This document shows positions 63,937 through 64,000 of a stretch of DNA of 64,000 bases, piece by piece. The translations under genes were made by a program, and so were the position numbers. Source of the stretch: Octopus bimaculoides. Taxonomy: Eukaryota. Each line of letters starts with the position of its first letter. Within the stretch, counting starts at the first letter, position 1. The notes under the pieces are model-generated. The model did not search any database. It was not told where the DNA came from and saw only the letters and a list, made by a program, of their open reading frames with translations. The stretch spans positions 113,878,177-113,942,176 of the forward strand of contig NC_068986.1 in assembly GCF_001194135.2 (NCBI RefSeq), written 5' to 3'.

Positions 63937-64000
<64 letters not shown>
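63030..64000. repeat. Microsatellite clusters (GT)n/(AT)n/(CA)n including the terminal (GT)n at about 63939-64000
   Basis: Direct reading. Confidence 0.9.

Noticed and set aside
1-64000. CRISPR array, operons, rRNA or true tRNA genes
   Set aside because: No regularly spaced repeat-spacer array; recurring repeats are dispersed SINEs whose tRNA-like heads lack complete cloverleafs.

Overview
Eukaryotic, AT-rich, gapped draft-assembly DNA with very high microsatellite density. The SINE/LINE complement and repeat load look like an octopus (coleoid cephalopod) genome; this is an inference from pattern recognition, not a database match. I find no intact protein-coding gene, rRNA, genuine tRNA or CRISPR array, and most ORFs in the track are translations of (AT)n/(GT)n/(ATT)n repeats or N gaps. 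What is supported is a graveyard of mobile DNA: several R4/Dong-type (RT plus restriction-like endonuclease) LINE fragments, Penelope-like relics (RT, GIY-YIG, hammerhead motifs), three Tc1/mariner relics, two foldback/MITE-like elements, a possible Academ-type fragment and several tRNA-derived SINE families. There is also one CpG-rich promoter/first-exon candidate at about 3.2-3.8 kb. Best leads: (1) an apparently core-intact minimal hammerhead ribozyme at 15564-15598(-); (2) two REL-LINE lineages sitting in different microsatellites, one in (TAA)n and one in strand-oriented (CATA)n; (3) a mariner built from two inverted 5' ends; (4) a nested palindrome-in-foldback element; (5) an abutting inverted SINE pair that could form dsRNA. 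All protein assignments are by-eye motif matches and need HMM confirmation.
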